From Deltaproteobacteria bacterium (lineage in GTDB: Bacteria > Desulfobacterota > Syntrophia > Syntrophales > UBA5619): DNA of 45,037 nucleotides. The stretch lies in the NCBI GenBank assembly GCA_023487865.1, contig JAMDBG010000003.1, positions 1 through 45,037 on the forward strand, in the 5' to 3' direction. The position numbers and the translations under genes are program-made. Every line of letters starts with the position of its first letter. Positions within the stretch are counted from its first letter, which is position 1. This document shows positions 20,955 through 30,492 of the stretch, in pieces. Under the pieces are notes generated by a model. That model made no database searches. It was not told where the DNA came from and saw only the letters and a list, made by a program, of their open reading frames with translations.

Positions 20955-22241
20955 ATGCACATGGCTAAAGTGGAGGTTTTTGAAAAGAAGCGCCCGGTCC
21001 TCGGCATCAACAGTTTGGGAAGAATAGGCAAGCTTACCCTGTGGCACCATATCGGAAGGAAATATTTTCAGGAAATCATCGTCAATGTCGGAAGGGGCGT
21101 GGGCACAGGTCTTTCCGCTATCGCCCAGCTGATAGAAAAGGATGCCACATACGGCAACATCCACAGGTTCCTGTATGGCATCAAGGCGAAACGGATGATC
21201 CAGATTGTTGATGAGAAAAAAGGCAAGCTCCTCATCGACGGCATCCCCGTGACCATACTGCGTGAAGCACGAAATCCGGCTGAGATCGGCTGGAGAAATT
21301 ACGGGGTCGACGTAGTGGCGGAATGTACCGGCAAATACCAGGACCCCACCGTTGCCCCGGATGATAAGAACGGCTCCATTATCGGGCACCTCGCCAGCGG
21401 CGCCAAGGTCGCTATCAATTCCTCGCCGTTCAAAATAAAAAACAAGGGATTGCCGATGCCGGATGAAGCGGTCACGCTGATTTACGGGATCAATCACACG
21501 GCCTTCGACTACAAGAAACATCAGGTTGTGTCGGCGGCTTCCTGCACCACAACGGGTTTGGCGCACATGATTAAACCACTCCTGGAAAACGAAGCCACCA
21601 GCAAAATCCTCACGGCCTCCATGTCCACGGTTCATGCGGTCACAAACTCGCAGAGCATTCTCGATAAGACGCCGAAATCCGGCGATAAGGATCTACGCAA
21701 AAGCAGAAGTACGCTCAATAACATCATCCTCACCTCCACAAACGCCGCCGAGGCGCTCTCTCAGGTAATCCCGGAGGTGAAAGATATCGGTTTCATGGCG
21801 GATTCAATCAGGGTCCCCACGAATACGGAATCGCTCATCGTTCTGAATGCCACCTTCCAAACCCATCGAAATACGAGCGGCAAAGATACCCCCCTGACTA
21901 CCGAGATGCTCAATGATATCTACCGGCGGGCATCGGGGAATGATCCCGAGCATCTCGTTGTCTTTTCAGATGAACAGAATGTATCTACCGATCTGATCGG
22001 AGTGGATGCGGCGGTGGTGATTGAAGGACAGTTCAACCACATCAGGACGGCATTCATCGATATCGATCTCTCTCATGTCCCGGACCTGCCGGAGGCATTT
22101 CTCAAGACCTTGTCACAGTCGACCATGCGGATACCCGTTGTCCACGCCAAGATATTCGGCTGGTATGACAATGAATACGGCAGTTACACGAACAGACTCG
22201 GCGATTTGACCACATACATCCACAAGAGCCTGTTTCCATGA
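20955..22241 (+). CDS. Divergent, longer GAPDH-family dehydrogenase
   Basis: GINSLGRIGK, SAASCTTTGL (catalytic Cys), TVHAVT, RVPT and WYDNEYG; 428 aa with insertions relative to the adjacent gap. Confidence 0.88.
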   Translation: MHMAKVEVFEKKRPVLGINSLGRIGKLTLWHHIGRKYFQEIIVNVGRGVGTGLSAIAQLIEKDATYGNIHRFLYGIKAKRMIQIVDEKKGKLLIDGIPVTILREARNPAEIGWRNYGVDVVAECTGKYQDPTVAPDDKNGSIIGHLASGAKVAINSSPFKIKNKGLPMPDEAVTLIYGINHTAFDYKKHQVVSAASCTTTGLAHMIKPLLENEATSKILTASMSTVHAVTNSQSILDKTPKSGDKDLRKSRSTLNNIILTSTNAAEALSQVIPEVKDIGFMADSIRVPTNTESLIVLNATFQTHRNTSGKDTPLTTEMLNDIYRRASGNDPEHLVVFSDEQNVSTDLIGVDAAVVIEGQFNHIRTAFIDIDLSHVPDLPEAFLKTLSQSTMRIPVVHAKIFGWYDNEYGSYTNRLGDLTTYIHKSLFP

Positions 22242-22266
22242 AGTTTGGCGAGTGAGGGCGGGGCGG

Positions 22267-25200
22267 TTAGAGGATTATTTTGAAAGATTCATCGGGGCCG
22301 ATTGCATGTTTTCCCGTATAGACGGCCCCGCTCCAGCCGTCAATACTGATGAAATCTCCGCTGCGGATGGTTTTATCGTCGACCCGGCTATACTCTTCCG
22401 ACTCATAGACATGGAGTTTATTGAAACCCACGACACCGACTTTGTTGAGTTGAGGGATCGTGACCGCCGCATGTGAAGTGCCGCCGCCCCTGGCAGTGAG
22501 GATACCTTCGACCTTCAGAATAATCCCGACGTCGTCCGGAACCGTATCAGGACGGATCAGAATGAGGGCTGTTTCCGGTTCCTTCTCCCGGAAATGTTCA
22601 ATCCCTTCTTCGGAATAGACCGCCCTGCCCGTCAATGCCCCGCCGCTCACCCCGATCCCCATGCCGAGAAAAGAGCGTTCCAGGTCGCCGTCACCCACAA
22701 AGGTTCTCACCATCCCCGTTTCCCTTTGAACCATATCGCGGGTCTGGAGGATATAGAGGCCCTTCTTTGTGGCATTTTCAAAGGTAAATTCGATTTCCTG
22801 ATGGCTGAATCCTTTATCATAGACCAGGAATTCCGCTATTCTGACAAGTTCCTTGTATATTTCCGGAAATCTCGTTTCCAGCGAGATCATCGACTCCCTT
22901 TTCTCCGCCGTCCTCTGCTTTTCCGATATGGGAAAGGTCTCCACGAGACCGGAAACGATATCGTCCCCCTGGACACCGAAAATGAAATCTCCATAAATGG
23001 AAACATCCTGCGATGAGCCCTTGGGATCCCGTGTCATGATGACACCCGAACCGGAGCATTCATTCAAGTTGCCGAACACCATGGCCTGGACGATGACGGC
23101 CGTGCCCCATTCATCGGAAAGATGCATCTGATGACGGAGGATCCTCGCCTGTTCGGAATTCCAGGAGGCGAAAACCTCCATAATGGCATGCTGGAGCTGC
23201 TGATAGGGATCGTTCGCAATCTTGATGCCTCTCTTTTCCATGGCCTCTTTATAGGAAAGGGCCAACAGTCTCATCTGTTCCGGATCGAACTGGATTTTCT
23301 TTTTCACGTCATAATGATTTTTAAAGGAGCTCATGATTTGATCGAAAATATTTCTCTCCAGCCCCTGGAACATTCCCCAGGTCTGCACGAGTCTCCGGTA
23401 AGAATCCCACGCCGCCCATTGATGGCCGTCCTGTCTGGCGAACCCCTCCGCAATCGTTTCATTGATGCCCACATTGAGAAAAGAACACATCATACCGGGG
23501 AGGGAAATCGTTGCACCGCTTCTCACGGAAAGGAGAAGGGTATTGTCGGGATCGCCGAAGGTTTTTCCGGTGATCCGCTCGAGATCTTTGATTTCCTTAC
23601 AGATCCTCTGCCAGAGGTCCTCAAAAATATATTCATACCCCATGACGCCTTCATAACCCCGAAAGACTTCGGTGGTGATCACAAAACCCGGCGGGACAGG
23701 CAGGTTGAAGGATGTCAGTTCCTTCAGGAAGTAAGCTTTGTTGCCGATGAGGATCTGGTTGTCCGTATCCCTGTTTTCTTTATAAAGGGTTGCTATGGCC
23801 AATTCCGGGATATAGGCCATGACAAGGTTGAGGATCTTCTTGTTGTCCTTGAATTTCTCCTGCTCCGCGCTCAGAGCCCTGATCACGGCATTAACGAAGT
23901 TATCCAGGACCTGCAGACCAAAGGCCGAGGCGATGATGGAACGGATGAAGTTTTCCGAGTATTGATAAAAGACCCGCTGCTCTTCCTTGGCGATGGTTTT
24001 TCTGTCCCTGTTTTCATCGTAATCCATTATCCGGCCGATAATGACAGGCAGATTGGAGCGATGGGCGTCGATATAGTAATCGCGGGTGATATCCTGAATG
24101 CCTTTGGCAATGAACTGGAAGATATCGATATACTGATCGATGGAAAACTGCCGTATCTGCAGGGCATTCGTTATATACTTCAGCTTTGCCACAAGTCCTT
24201 CCGTCGCCACCCCTTCCAGGTCGAGGGCTTTGACATAGAGCCACAGGTATTGATGAATCTTCATCAAGGTGCTTTTGGTAATGAACTTGAGGTTCAGGGA
24301 TTCCACCAACCTCTCAAAGAGCGTTGTCGCGAAACACTCGAGGCGGAGAGACAGACCCATGGCTTCGAATTTCTCTTCCCGGTAGGTCCCGTACATGGAA
24401 GGGATACCGGCGGCGATATGCCGTTTATAATAGATATTTTCAAATGAATCCGTCTTTTTTGAGGAAAGGATCCTCTCCTTCAAGCCTCCGATCATTCTGA
24501 GAATGATGATCAGGCTTCTGTAATCGTCCTTTTTTGCCAGTGACCGTTTGAGGGAGCGGACTTTTCGCGGATCGAGCAGGGCGGATGCTTCAAGGTCTTT
24601 CACGATATCGATATGCTGATGGTAATATTTCTTGTAGATCAGCTGATAGAACCTGATCATCAGCCCGGCACGCTCCTTTTCCCTTTCCAGGACGCCACTG
24701 ACTGCATTGATTTCTCTTGATATCTTCCCCTCATCCCATTGAAGAAGTGCAGAAACATCACCATGGGTCTTTTGAAACAGGCTGCCGAACAGGACATGCA
24801 GGTCGTCAAAATATTCACCTGACGCCCGAACCTCATTGAAAACCTCGCCAGGCAAGTGATCCTTCAGATATTCTCTTTCACCGGAATTCCAGTAACGAAA
24901 GATATCCTCGATGAAGGACACCAGACGACTGTTGCTTTCGACGTGCGACTGCTTTCTTAAAAAATAGATGAGTCTGTCATTTCTGGCGGAAAGCTCATCC
25001 ACCGCAGTCGATATCGCCCGCAACTCCCCCTCTGCACCGATCTCGCTGAAAAAAACCGGAAAAATTCTCAGGAGCTGTTTGACCAGATTGTAGGCGGGCA
25101 GGATATCTGAATTCAGCAGCAGGGAGATGTCCTTCTGAAGAAGGTCCGTATCCCGGACAAAAACCCCTCCCAGCTTCAGATTGATAATGAGGGCCGAGAG

Positions 25201-26481
25201 AAGTTTCTTTGTCCATCTTGGTTTGCGGGAAATAATCTCAAGCCAGGAGCGGATGTTTTTAATGTGAGTCGGGTTCACCCGGATTTGCCATTCAGCAGTA
25301 GGTCCCTGGACATCGGGATGCTGAAAACCGAAGGCCACAAGTTCTTCAAGGAAGGTATCCACGAGAGGATGGCTGTTGGACTCAAAAACTTCCTTCGCCA
25401 GTGTGGTGATGCAATCGAGGATGGAACTCCGGTATTGATTCTGTGCAACTGTCTTTTTCAATAAACGGAAGACCTTCTGCACAAGATCATTAACATTCCG
25501 ATCACTTTCTTCTTTTAACGCCCGCCCCAGACAGCGATTAATCTCGATCAGACACGCGTTGCGTATATCCGACAGTCCGTCAACATTCATCATATTGAAA
25601 AGAAAATCGAGTTTCACAAGATAACGGCGGCCTTTAAAAGCGTCGGATTTTTCGAGGGCATCCGCAATGACAAGGTATCCGTTGGCGATCTGCACATGGT
25701 CGGGCAGATCCAGGTAGGGTGAAATCGGGTCCGGAACAGTCAGCACCTGCCGGTCGAGGACCTCCAGACGGGCGAGCAGCTCACGGATATGTTGATGGGA
25801 AAGGGGCATGATCAGCTCTCGATACGCGTCCTTGTCTTCTTTGGTCTCGCCCTCCGCGGAGAACCATTGGGAAGGATCCGCTTGCGTCAGCCAGAAACGG
25901 TATGTCGATCTGAATACGGACGAGAGAAGCCCACTGACCTCATAATGCTCCGTCTTGATTGGAATCTCCATTAAAAGCTTTGCCGTCGCCTTCATATAAC
26001 TAGATGATTTTTTTAGTAAATTGTTATGATTCCGTGACAGATCGGCGAGCAAACGAAAGAAGGGAGAAAACAGGGGGGTGTTTCTCTCAAGCAGATGGTT
26101 GCTTTTGGAAAGAACGGTATTGAGAAACTCAAAGCAGTAACGGACGGCACTGTCCCGGACCTCTTCGTCCTTGGCCGAAGAGAGGACGACAAGATAAATA
26201 TCCGCCAACTTTTTCAGTGCGGGCAATCCCCTTTCATGGGTGTTGAAATCATAGAAATCGCCGATGGAAAGGCCCTTGAGCTGGGTAAGAACATATTCCC
26301 AGTTCACAAAGGGGTGGTGAAGCTCGATAAGAAGCTCTTCCGTCCGTTTCAACACCCCGTAATGGTTCTTCGCGACATCCAGGAGTATCCTGTATTCGTC
26401 GGGGATCTGCACAACTGCCCTGGTTCGCTCCAGATTGATTTCCAAGGCGCTCAAGGGTTGTGTATCTACTTTTGTATCCAT
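22267..26481 (-). CDS. PPDK-derived dikinase-like protein: ~900-aa unknown N-terminal region + ATP-grasp + phospho-His domain, no pyruvate/PEP-binding barrel
   Basis: IGNKA, PVPPGFVITT, SVRSGA, VQAMVFGN, QGDDIVSG, EIEFT, LQTR and GGGTSHAA; the ORF ends ~12 aa after the His domain (ISIDGWSGAVYTG). Confidence 0.88.
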   Translation of the reverse strand: MDTKVDTQPLSALEINLERTRAVVQIPDEYRILLDVAKNHYGVLKRTEELLIELHHPFVNWEYVLTQLKGLSIGDFYDFNTHERGLPALKKLADIYLVVLSSAKDEEVRDSAVRYCFEFLNTVLSKSNHLLERNTPLFSPFFRLLADLSRNHNNLLKKSSSYMKATAKLLMEIPIKTEHYEVSGLLSSVFRSTYRFWLTQADPSQWFSAEGETKEDKDAYRELIMPLSHQHIRELLARLEVLDRQVLTVPDPISPYLDLPDHVQIANGYLVIADALEKSDAFKGRRYLVKLDFLFNMMNVDGLSDIRNACLIEINRCLGRALKEESDRNVNDLVQKVFRLLKKTVAQNQYRSSILDCITTLAKEVFESNSHPLVDTFLEELVAFGFQHPDVQGPTAEWQIRVNPTHIKNIRSWLEIISRKPRWTKKLLSALIINLKLGGVFVRDTDLLQKDISLLLNSDILPAYNLVKQLLRIFPVFFSEIGAEGELRAISTAVDELSARNDRLIYFLRKQSHVESNSRLVSFIEDIFRYWNSGEREYLKDHLPGEVFNEVRASGEYFDDLHVLFGSLFQKTHGDVSALLQWDEGKISREINAVSGVLEREKERAGLMIRFYQLIYKKYYHQHIDIVKDLEASALLDPRKVRSLKRSLAKKDDYRSLIIILRMIGGLKERILSSKKTDSFENIYYKRHIAAGIPSMYGTYREEKFEAMGLSLRLECFATTLFERLVESLNLKFITKSTLMKIHQYLWLYVKALDLEGVATEGLVAKLKYITNALQIRQFSIDQYIDIFQFIAKGIQDITRDYYIDAHRSNLPVIIGRIMDYDENRDRKTIAKEEQRVFYQYSENFIRSIIASAFGLQVLDNFVNAVIRALSAEQEKFKDNKKILNLVMAYIPELAIATLYKENRDTDNQILIGNKAYFLKELTSFNLPVPPGFVITTEVFRGYEGVMGYEYIFEDLWQRICKEIKDLERITGKTFGDPDNTLLLSVRSGATISLPGMMCSFLNVGINETIAEGFARQDGHQWAAWDSYRRLVQTWGMFQGLERNIFDQIMSSFKNHYDVKKKIQFDPEQMRLLALSYKEAMEKRGIKIANDPYQQLQHAIMEVFASWNSEQARILRHQMHLSDEWGTAVIVQAMVFGNLNECSGSGVIMTRDPKGSSQDVSIYGDFIFGVQGDDIVSGLVETFPISEKQRTAEKRESMISLETRFPEIYKELVRIAEFLVYDKGFSHQEIEFTFENATKKGLYILQTRDMVQRETGMVRTFVGDGDLERSFLGMGIGVSGGALTGRAVYSEEGIEHFREKEPETALILIRPDTVPDDVGIILKVEGILTARGGGTSHAAVTIPQLNKVGVVGFNKLHVYESEEYSRVDDKTIRSGDFISIDGWSGAVYTGKHAIGPDESFKIIL

Positions 26482-26558
26482 GCCTATAGAGTAATGCGAA
26501 TTTCGGAATAATGCAATTCATAACTCACCCATCATTCACCCATTACGGCAAAAAAACA

Positions 26559-26587
26559 TTGACGAAGCTGGACGGGCTGGCTATGAT
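26559..26587 (+). promoter_or_regulatory. Sigma70 promoter of tpiA-secG
   Basis: TTGACG-N17-TATGAT. Confidence 0.6.
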
Positions 26588-26674
26588 CCGCAATAATGAA
26601 AGCGGCAATCCATTATTCATGCAGAATGAAATCTCTCGCTCTGTGTATCGGCCGCACGTCATCTGGAGGCTGAT

Positions 26675-27424
26675 ATGATTCGACCGGTCATCGCTGGAAA
26701 CTGGAAGATGAATAAGACCGTAGCGGAGGCGGTGGATTTTGCCGTGCGTCTCCGGACGGCATACAGCACCCCCCCGGATCGGGAAGTAATCATCGCTCCT
26801 CCGTTCACAGCGCTTCAGGCAGTGGCGGACACCATCCGGGGGTCATTCATCCTTCTTGCCGCCCAGAATCTGCATGAGGAGGAAAAGGGGGCCTATACCG
26901 GTGAGATCTCAGGCAAGATGCTTCGCGAGGCAGGATGCAACTGCGTCATCATCGGCCACTCAGAGCGTCGCACCCTCTTTACCGAAAGCGATGACCGCAT
27001 CAACCGGAAGCTACGGGCGGCCCTGACGGCCGGCCTGAGACCGATCTTCTGTATCGGAGAGTCACTCCGACAGCGGGAAGAGGGTGAAACGGAGGCGGTC
27101 ATAGAGCACCAATTAAAAGAGGGATTGAATAATTTGACTGCCAATGATATAGAATCATGTGTCGTCGCCTATGAGCCGGTATGGGCGATCGGTACCGGCA
27201 AAACGGCGAGCCCGGAACAAGCCGAGAAGGTTCATCGCTTCATCCGGGAATGGATCGTCCGGCGGTACGGTCCGAAAAATGGGGCGGAGCTGGCCATCCT
27301 CTATGGGGGCAGTGTCACGCCGAAGAACATCGCCGAGCTGATGGCACAGCCGGATATCAACGGGGCGCTGGTAGGCGGTGCCAGCCTGGATGTCGATTCT
27401 TTCATCCAGCTTGTCGGTTGTTGA
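26675..27424 (+). CDS. tpiA: Triosephosphate isomerase
   Basis: AGNWKM, IGHSERR, AYEPVWAIGTG, YGGSV and LVGGASL. Confidence 0.97.
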   Translation: MIRPVIAGNWKMNKTVAEAVDFAVRLRTAYSTPPDREVIIAPPFTALQAVADTIRGSFILLAAQNLHEEEKGAYTGEISGKMLREAGCNCVIIGHSERRTLFTESDDRINRKLRAALTAGLRPIFCIGESLRQREEGETEAVIEHQLKEGLNNLTANDIESCVVAYEPVWAIGTGKTASPEQAEKVHRFIREWIVRRYGPKNGAELAILYGGSVTPKNIAELMAQPDINGALVGGASLDVDSFIQLVGC

Positions 27425-27448
27425 ATCAAATTAAAGGGGTATAAAAAA

Positions 27449-27808
27449 GTGCAAATTCTCGTCACCATATTACATGTGATCGTCTGCATCGTCCTGATCC
27501 TCGTCGTACTGCTGCAGGCGGGTAAGGGCGCCAATATGGGCGCCGTTTTCGGAGGTTCCAGCCAGACCATTTTCGGAAGCAGCGGCCCGGGGACCTTTCT
27601 CGGCAAGATGACGACCGGGGTCGCCATCATCTTCATGCTGACCTCGTTCAGCCTATCCTATACAGCCTCCCACAAGGGGACTTCCCTGATGGAGGGTGCC
27701 TCGCGACCCGCGGCCCAGAAAACGGCTCCCGTGCAGCAGCCGGCAGCACCGTCTGCCCCGGCAGCCCCGGCGCCACAGGCCCCGGCAGCACCCCCGACGG
27801 CCAAATAG
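27449..27808 (+). CDS. secG: Preprotein translocase subunit SecG
   Basis: VLLQAGKGA-MGA-FGG-SQTIFG; 2 TM segments, Pro/Ala-rich tail; usual tpiA-secG-tRNA-Leu synteny. Confidence 0.95.
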   Translation: MQILVTILHVIVCIVLILVVLLQAGKGANMGAVFGGSSQTIFGSSGPGTFLGKMTTGVAIIFMLTSFSLSYTASHKGTSLMEGASRPAAQKTAPVQQPAAPSAPAAPAPQAPAAPPTAK

Positions 27809-27845
27809 ATCCCTGTCCGGGAAAGCGGATGCTGTTCTTTTGATA

Positions 27846-27874
27846 TTGACAAAGTCTTATTTAATAGGTAAGTT
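27846..27874 (+). promoter_or_regulatory. Putative promoter of tRNA-Leu
   Basis: TTGACA-N17-TAAGTT. Confidence 0.5.
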
Positions 27875-27928
27875 CCCGGCGAAAGTCCGCCCGGTGGTGC
27901 CTTTAGCGCCGGTGGTTGCGATACGAGT

Positions 27929-28015
27929 GCCGAAGTGGTGGAATCTGGTAGACACGCTATCTTGAGGGGGTAGTGAGCTACGCTCATCCGGGTTCAAGTC
28001 CCGGCTTCGGCACCA
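27929..28015 (+). tRNA. tRNA-Leu(GAG)
   Basis: Acceptor stem GCCGAAG/CTTCGGC, anticodon arm CTATC-TTGAGGG-GGTAG, long variable arm, GGTTCAA T-loop, encoded CCA. Confidence 0.97.
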
Positions 28016-28033
28016 TTATACTGAAAATGCAAC

Positions 28034-28067
28034 GGGGAAACGGGCAGGCGCCCGGAACCCCCTTTTC
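28034..28067 (+). terminator. Likely intrinsic terminator after tRNA-Leu
   Basis: GGGG..CGGGC/GCCCG..CCCC hairpin followed by TTTT. Confidence 0.55.
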
Positions 28068-28141
28068 TTACCTCTATCATCGGCGTCAATCGCACAAGGG
28101 ACCGATCTAAAAACCAGCGTTATGCAACGAAAAGGAAAATC

Positions 28142-28279
28142 ATGAACGAAGGCCTGCTTCTGATTGTCATCGTCGTAGGGTGGTTTATCCTGAACCGCTT
28201 TGTCCTGCCCCGCTTCGGCATCCGTACCTGAATCTGCCCTGACGGGAAGGATTCCCGTCCCGGTAAAGATGTAAAGTAA
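28142..28279 (+). CDS. Small single-TM protein; candidate selenoprotein (29 aa to the UGA, 45 aa with read-through)
   Basis: RBS AAAGGA before ATG 28142; MNEGLLLIVIVVGWFILNRFVLPRFGIRT-TGA(28229-31)-ICPDGKDSRPGKDVK-TAA; hairpin directly 3' of the TGA; too short for the ORF track. Confidence 0.65.
28241..28259 (+). promoter_or_regulatory. Putative bacterial SECIS element
   Basis: Perfect 8-bp stem GACGGGAA/TTCCCGTC with a GGA loop starting 17 nt after the in-frame TGA. Confidence 0.55.
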
Positions 28280-28610
28280 TTAAAGAACAGCAAATTTGCA
28301 CCGGAATAACCGGGTGGGAGGAATACCCGACGCTCCCCGGATTCAGGCGTGATCTCTATTCAATCTCTGACAATCCCCTCTTTTCGGCTTGTCTCTCCCC
28401 CCTCCACCAGTGACCGTTTTCCAGCGTATAGATCCAACCAGGACTGCAGGGCAGATCACAGACCACACCATGAGTCAACACACCACAAACGAAGCAAGCG
28501 AAAAAAGCTTAACATTTTCCGAAAAATCGGATAAGGTCACGGCGGTCCACAATAAAAAATCCTAATGCGGGAATGTATCAAGATATCGGTTGGCATCTAT
28601 ATTGGGTGCA

Positions 28611-29477
28611 ATGATGATCAATCAGCAGATTCGGGATTTTATCTCACATATGCCCAGGTTTTCCGCGACCGGAACAAAGGTGATGGAAGTCTGCAATCGC
28701 CCGACGACCTCATCACATGATCTCAACAGGGTGATTTCCTTGGACCCGGTTCTCACCGGCAAAGTTTTAAAACTGGTCAATTCCGCATACTATTCCTTGG
28801 GCAAGGAGGTGACCTCCCTGACCCATGCCTTCATCCTGCTGGGAATCAATACAGTGAAGAATCTTGCCTTGGGCACCGCTATTCTGGAGAGTATCGGTGG
28901 AAGGAGTTCGTTTCGCTGCCTGTCCATGGATGATTTCTGGCTTCACTCTCTGGGTGTGGGAGTGATTTCGAGATCACTGGCACGGCTGACAGGAATTCCC
29001 TTCGCGGAGGAAGAAGGATATTTCGTCGCCGGACTTCTCCATGACCTGGGGAAGATTCCTCTCAACTATTGTGATCCGGAGATGTACAACCGTGCTCTTG
29101 AAGCGGCAATTCTCCAACAAACCACTCTCTACGAGGCGGAAAAGACGTGTCTGGGCCTTGATCACTGTATCGTGGGCGGATGGATAGCTGAAAAATGGAG
29201 GCTGCATCGGGATTTTTTGGATGTCCTTCATTTCCACCATGACCAGAACAGCGGTAGAGAAAAATCCCCTTTCTTAGTCATCGTGTCCCTGGCGAACCTC
29301 TATGCAAACTACTGGAAGATCGGCTCGGCGGGAAACACAACGCCGGTCCATTTACTGATGGAACATCTTCAGAAAAGGCTGAACATTGCACCGGAGCAGA
29401 TTGCTGCGATTCACGATAAAGTTTTGGAAGATATAGATAAATCTCGAATTTTCCTGGAGGTGGCAACCGAGGGATGA
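28611..29477 (+). CDS. HDOD domain signalling protein
   Basis: DPVLTGKVLKLVNSAYY, FWLHS, AGLLHDLGK, LGLDH and WRL motifs. Confidence 0.9.
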   Translation: MMINQQIRDFISHMPRFSATGTKVMEVCNRPTTSSHDLNRVISLDPVLTGKVLKLVNSAYYSLGKEVTSLTHAFILLGINTVKNLALGTAILESIGGRSSFRCLSMDDFWLHSLGVGVISRSLARLTGIPFAEEEGYFVAGLLHDLGKIPLNYCDPEMYNRALEAAILQQTTLYEAEKTCLGLDHCIVGGWIAEKWRLHRDFLDVLHFHHDQNSGREKSPFLVIVSLANLYANYWKIGSAGNTTPVHLLMEHLQKRLNIAPEQIAAIHDKVLEDIDKSRIFLEVATEG

Positions 29478-29481
29478 GCGC

Positions 29482-30402
29482 ATGATGGATATTACGTTCT
29501 GGGGTGTGAGAGGGGGCATCCCCTCTCCGGGAGCGCACACGGTCAAATACGGAGGGAACACCTCCTGTGTGGAACTGTACTTCCCTGATTCTCACCGGCT
29601 CATCATCATCGATGCCGGTTCAGGCATCCGTAACCTCGGCAGCCGCATGGTGTCTCCGGATTACCGACAGACACCTATAGACGCGGATCTGTTTTTCACC
29701 CATACCCACAGCGATCACATTATCGGATTTCCTTTTTTTGCCCCCCTTTATATCCCAGGGACGAAACTCCGGATATACGGACCTGTGACCTATGACGAAG
29801 ACTCACTGGAAAAGATCATCAGCTCTCATATGTCCTATCATTTTTTCCCCGTCCGCCTGGCAGAACTCGCAGCTGAAATGGTCTATAACGAATTAAAAGA
29901 GGGATCCTATGAACTCGGCGACGGAATAACGGTGACCACCCGGTACCTGAACCATCCCCTGTTGTGTTTCGGTTACCGATTTGAGCATCAGGGGCGGGTC
30001 ATCTGTACGGCTTTTGATAACGAACCGTTTCGCAATCTATTCGCCCGGCATCCCGGTAAGCCTGACGACGATGACTCTATAGCTCTGGAGGGCGAGAATG
30101 TGGCTGCCCAGGAAAACACCCGTCTGGAAAACTTTTTCGCAGGGGCCGATCTCCTGATCTCTGACGCCCAGTACCTTCAGCAGGAATATGAATCTTCCCG
30201 ATTGGGCTGGGGTCATTCTCCCGTCGAACATGCCATAGACGCCGCTCGGCGGGCTCAAGTAAAACGGTTGGCTCTCTTCCACCACGATCCTGAACGCACC
30301 GACGCGCAGCTTGATACGCTGGAATCGTTTCACTGCAAACCCGATCCGAAGAAGGGGATGGAAATCTTTTTCGCCCGAGAGGGGATGCGGATCGAGATAT
30401 AA
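29482..30402 (+). CDS. Metallo-beta-lactamase-fold hydrolase (phosphodiesterase-like)
   Basis: FWGVRG, YGGNTSC, DAGSG, THTHSDH, WGHS and LFHHDP. Confidence 0.9.
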   Translation: MMDITFWGVRGGIPSPGAHTVKYGGNTSCVELYFPDSHRLIIIDAGSGIRNLGSRMVSPDYRQTPIDADLFFTHTHSDHIIGFPFFAPLYIPGTKLRIYGPVTYDEDSLEKIISSHMSYHFFPVRLAELAAEMVYNELKEGSYELGDGITVTTRYLNHPLLCFGYRFEHQGRVICTAFDNEPFRNLFARHPGKPDDDDSIALEGENVAAQENTRLENFFAGADLLISDAQYLQQEYESSRLGWGHSPVEHAIDAARRAQVKRLALFHHDPERTDAQLDTLESFHCKPDPKKGMEIFFAREGMRIEI

Positions 30403-30492
30403 ACCATTTACTTCCTTTTGCCCGCCGATACCGATCAAGCAAAGAATTTCATCACAACCAGCCGCGCGACATTGTTCCGGGAATGATGAGGA

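Noticed and set aside
27416-27451. tpiA ends Gly-Cys-TGA and is in frame with secG with no intervening stop (possible Sec read-through or fusion)
   Set aside because: TpiA is complete at normal length, the downstream sequence is A-rich with no hairpin, secG has its own RBS-like AAGGGG, and being in frame is a 1-in-3 chance.
27725-27805. Short GC-rich repeats (CCGGCAGC...) at the end of secG
   Set aside because: They encode a low-complexity Pro/Ala tail; not a CRISPR or regulatory array. No CRISPR array was seen anywhere in the window.
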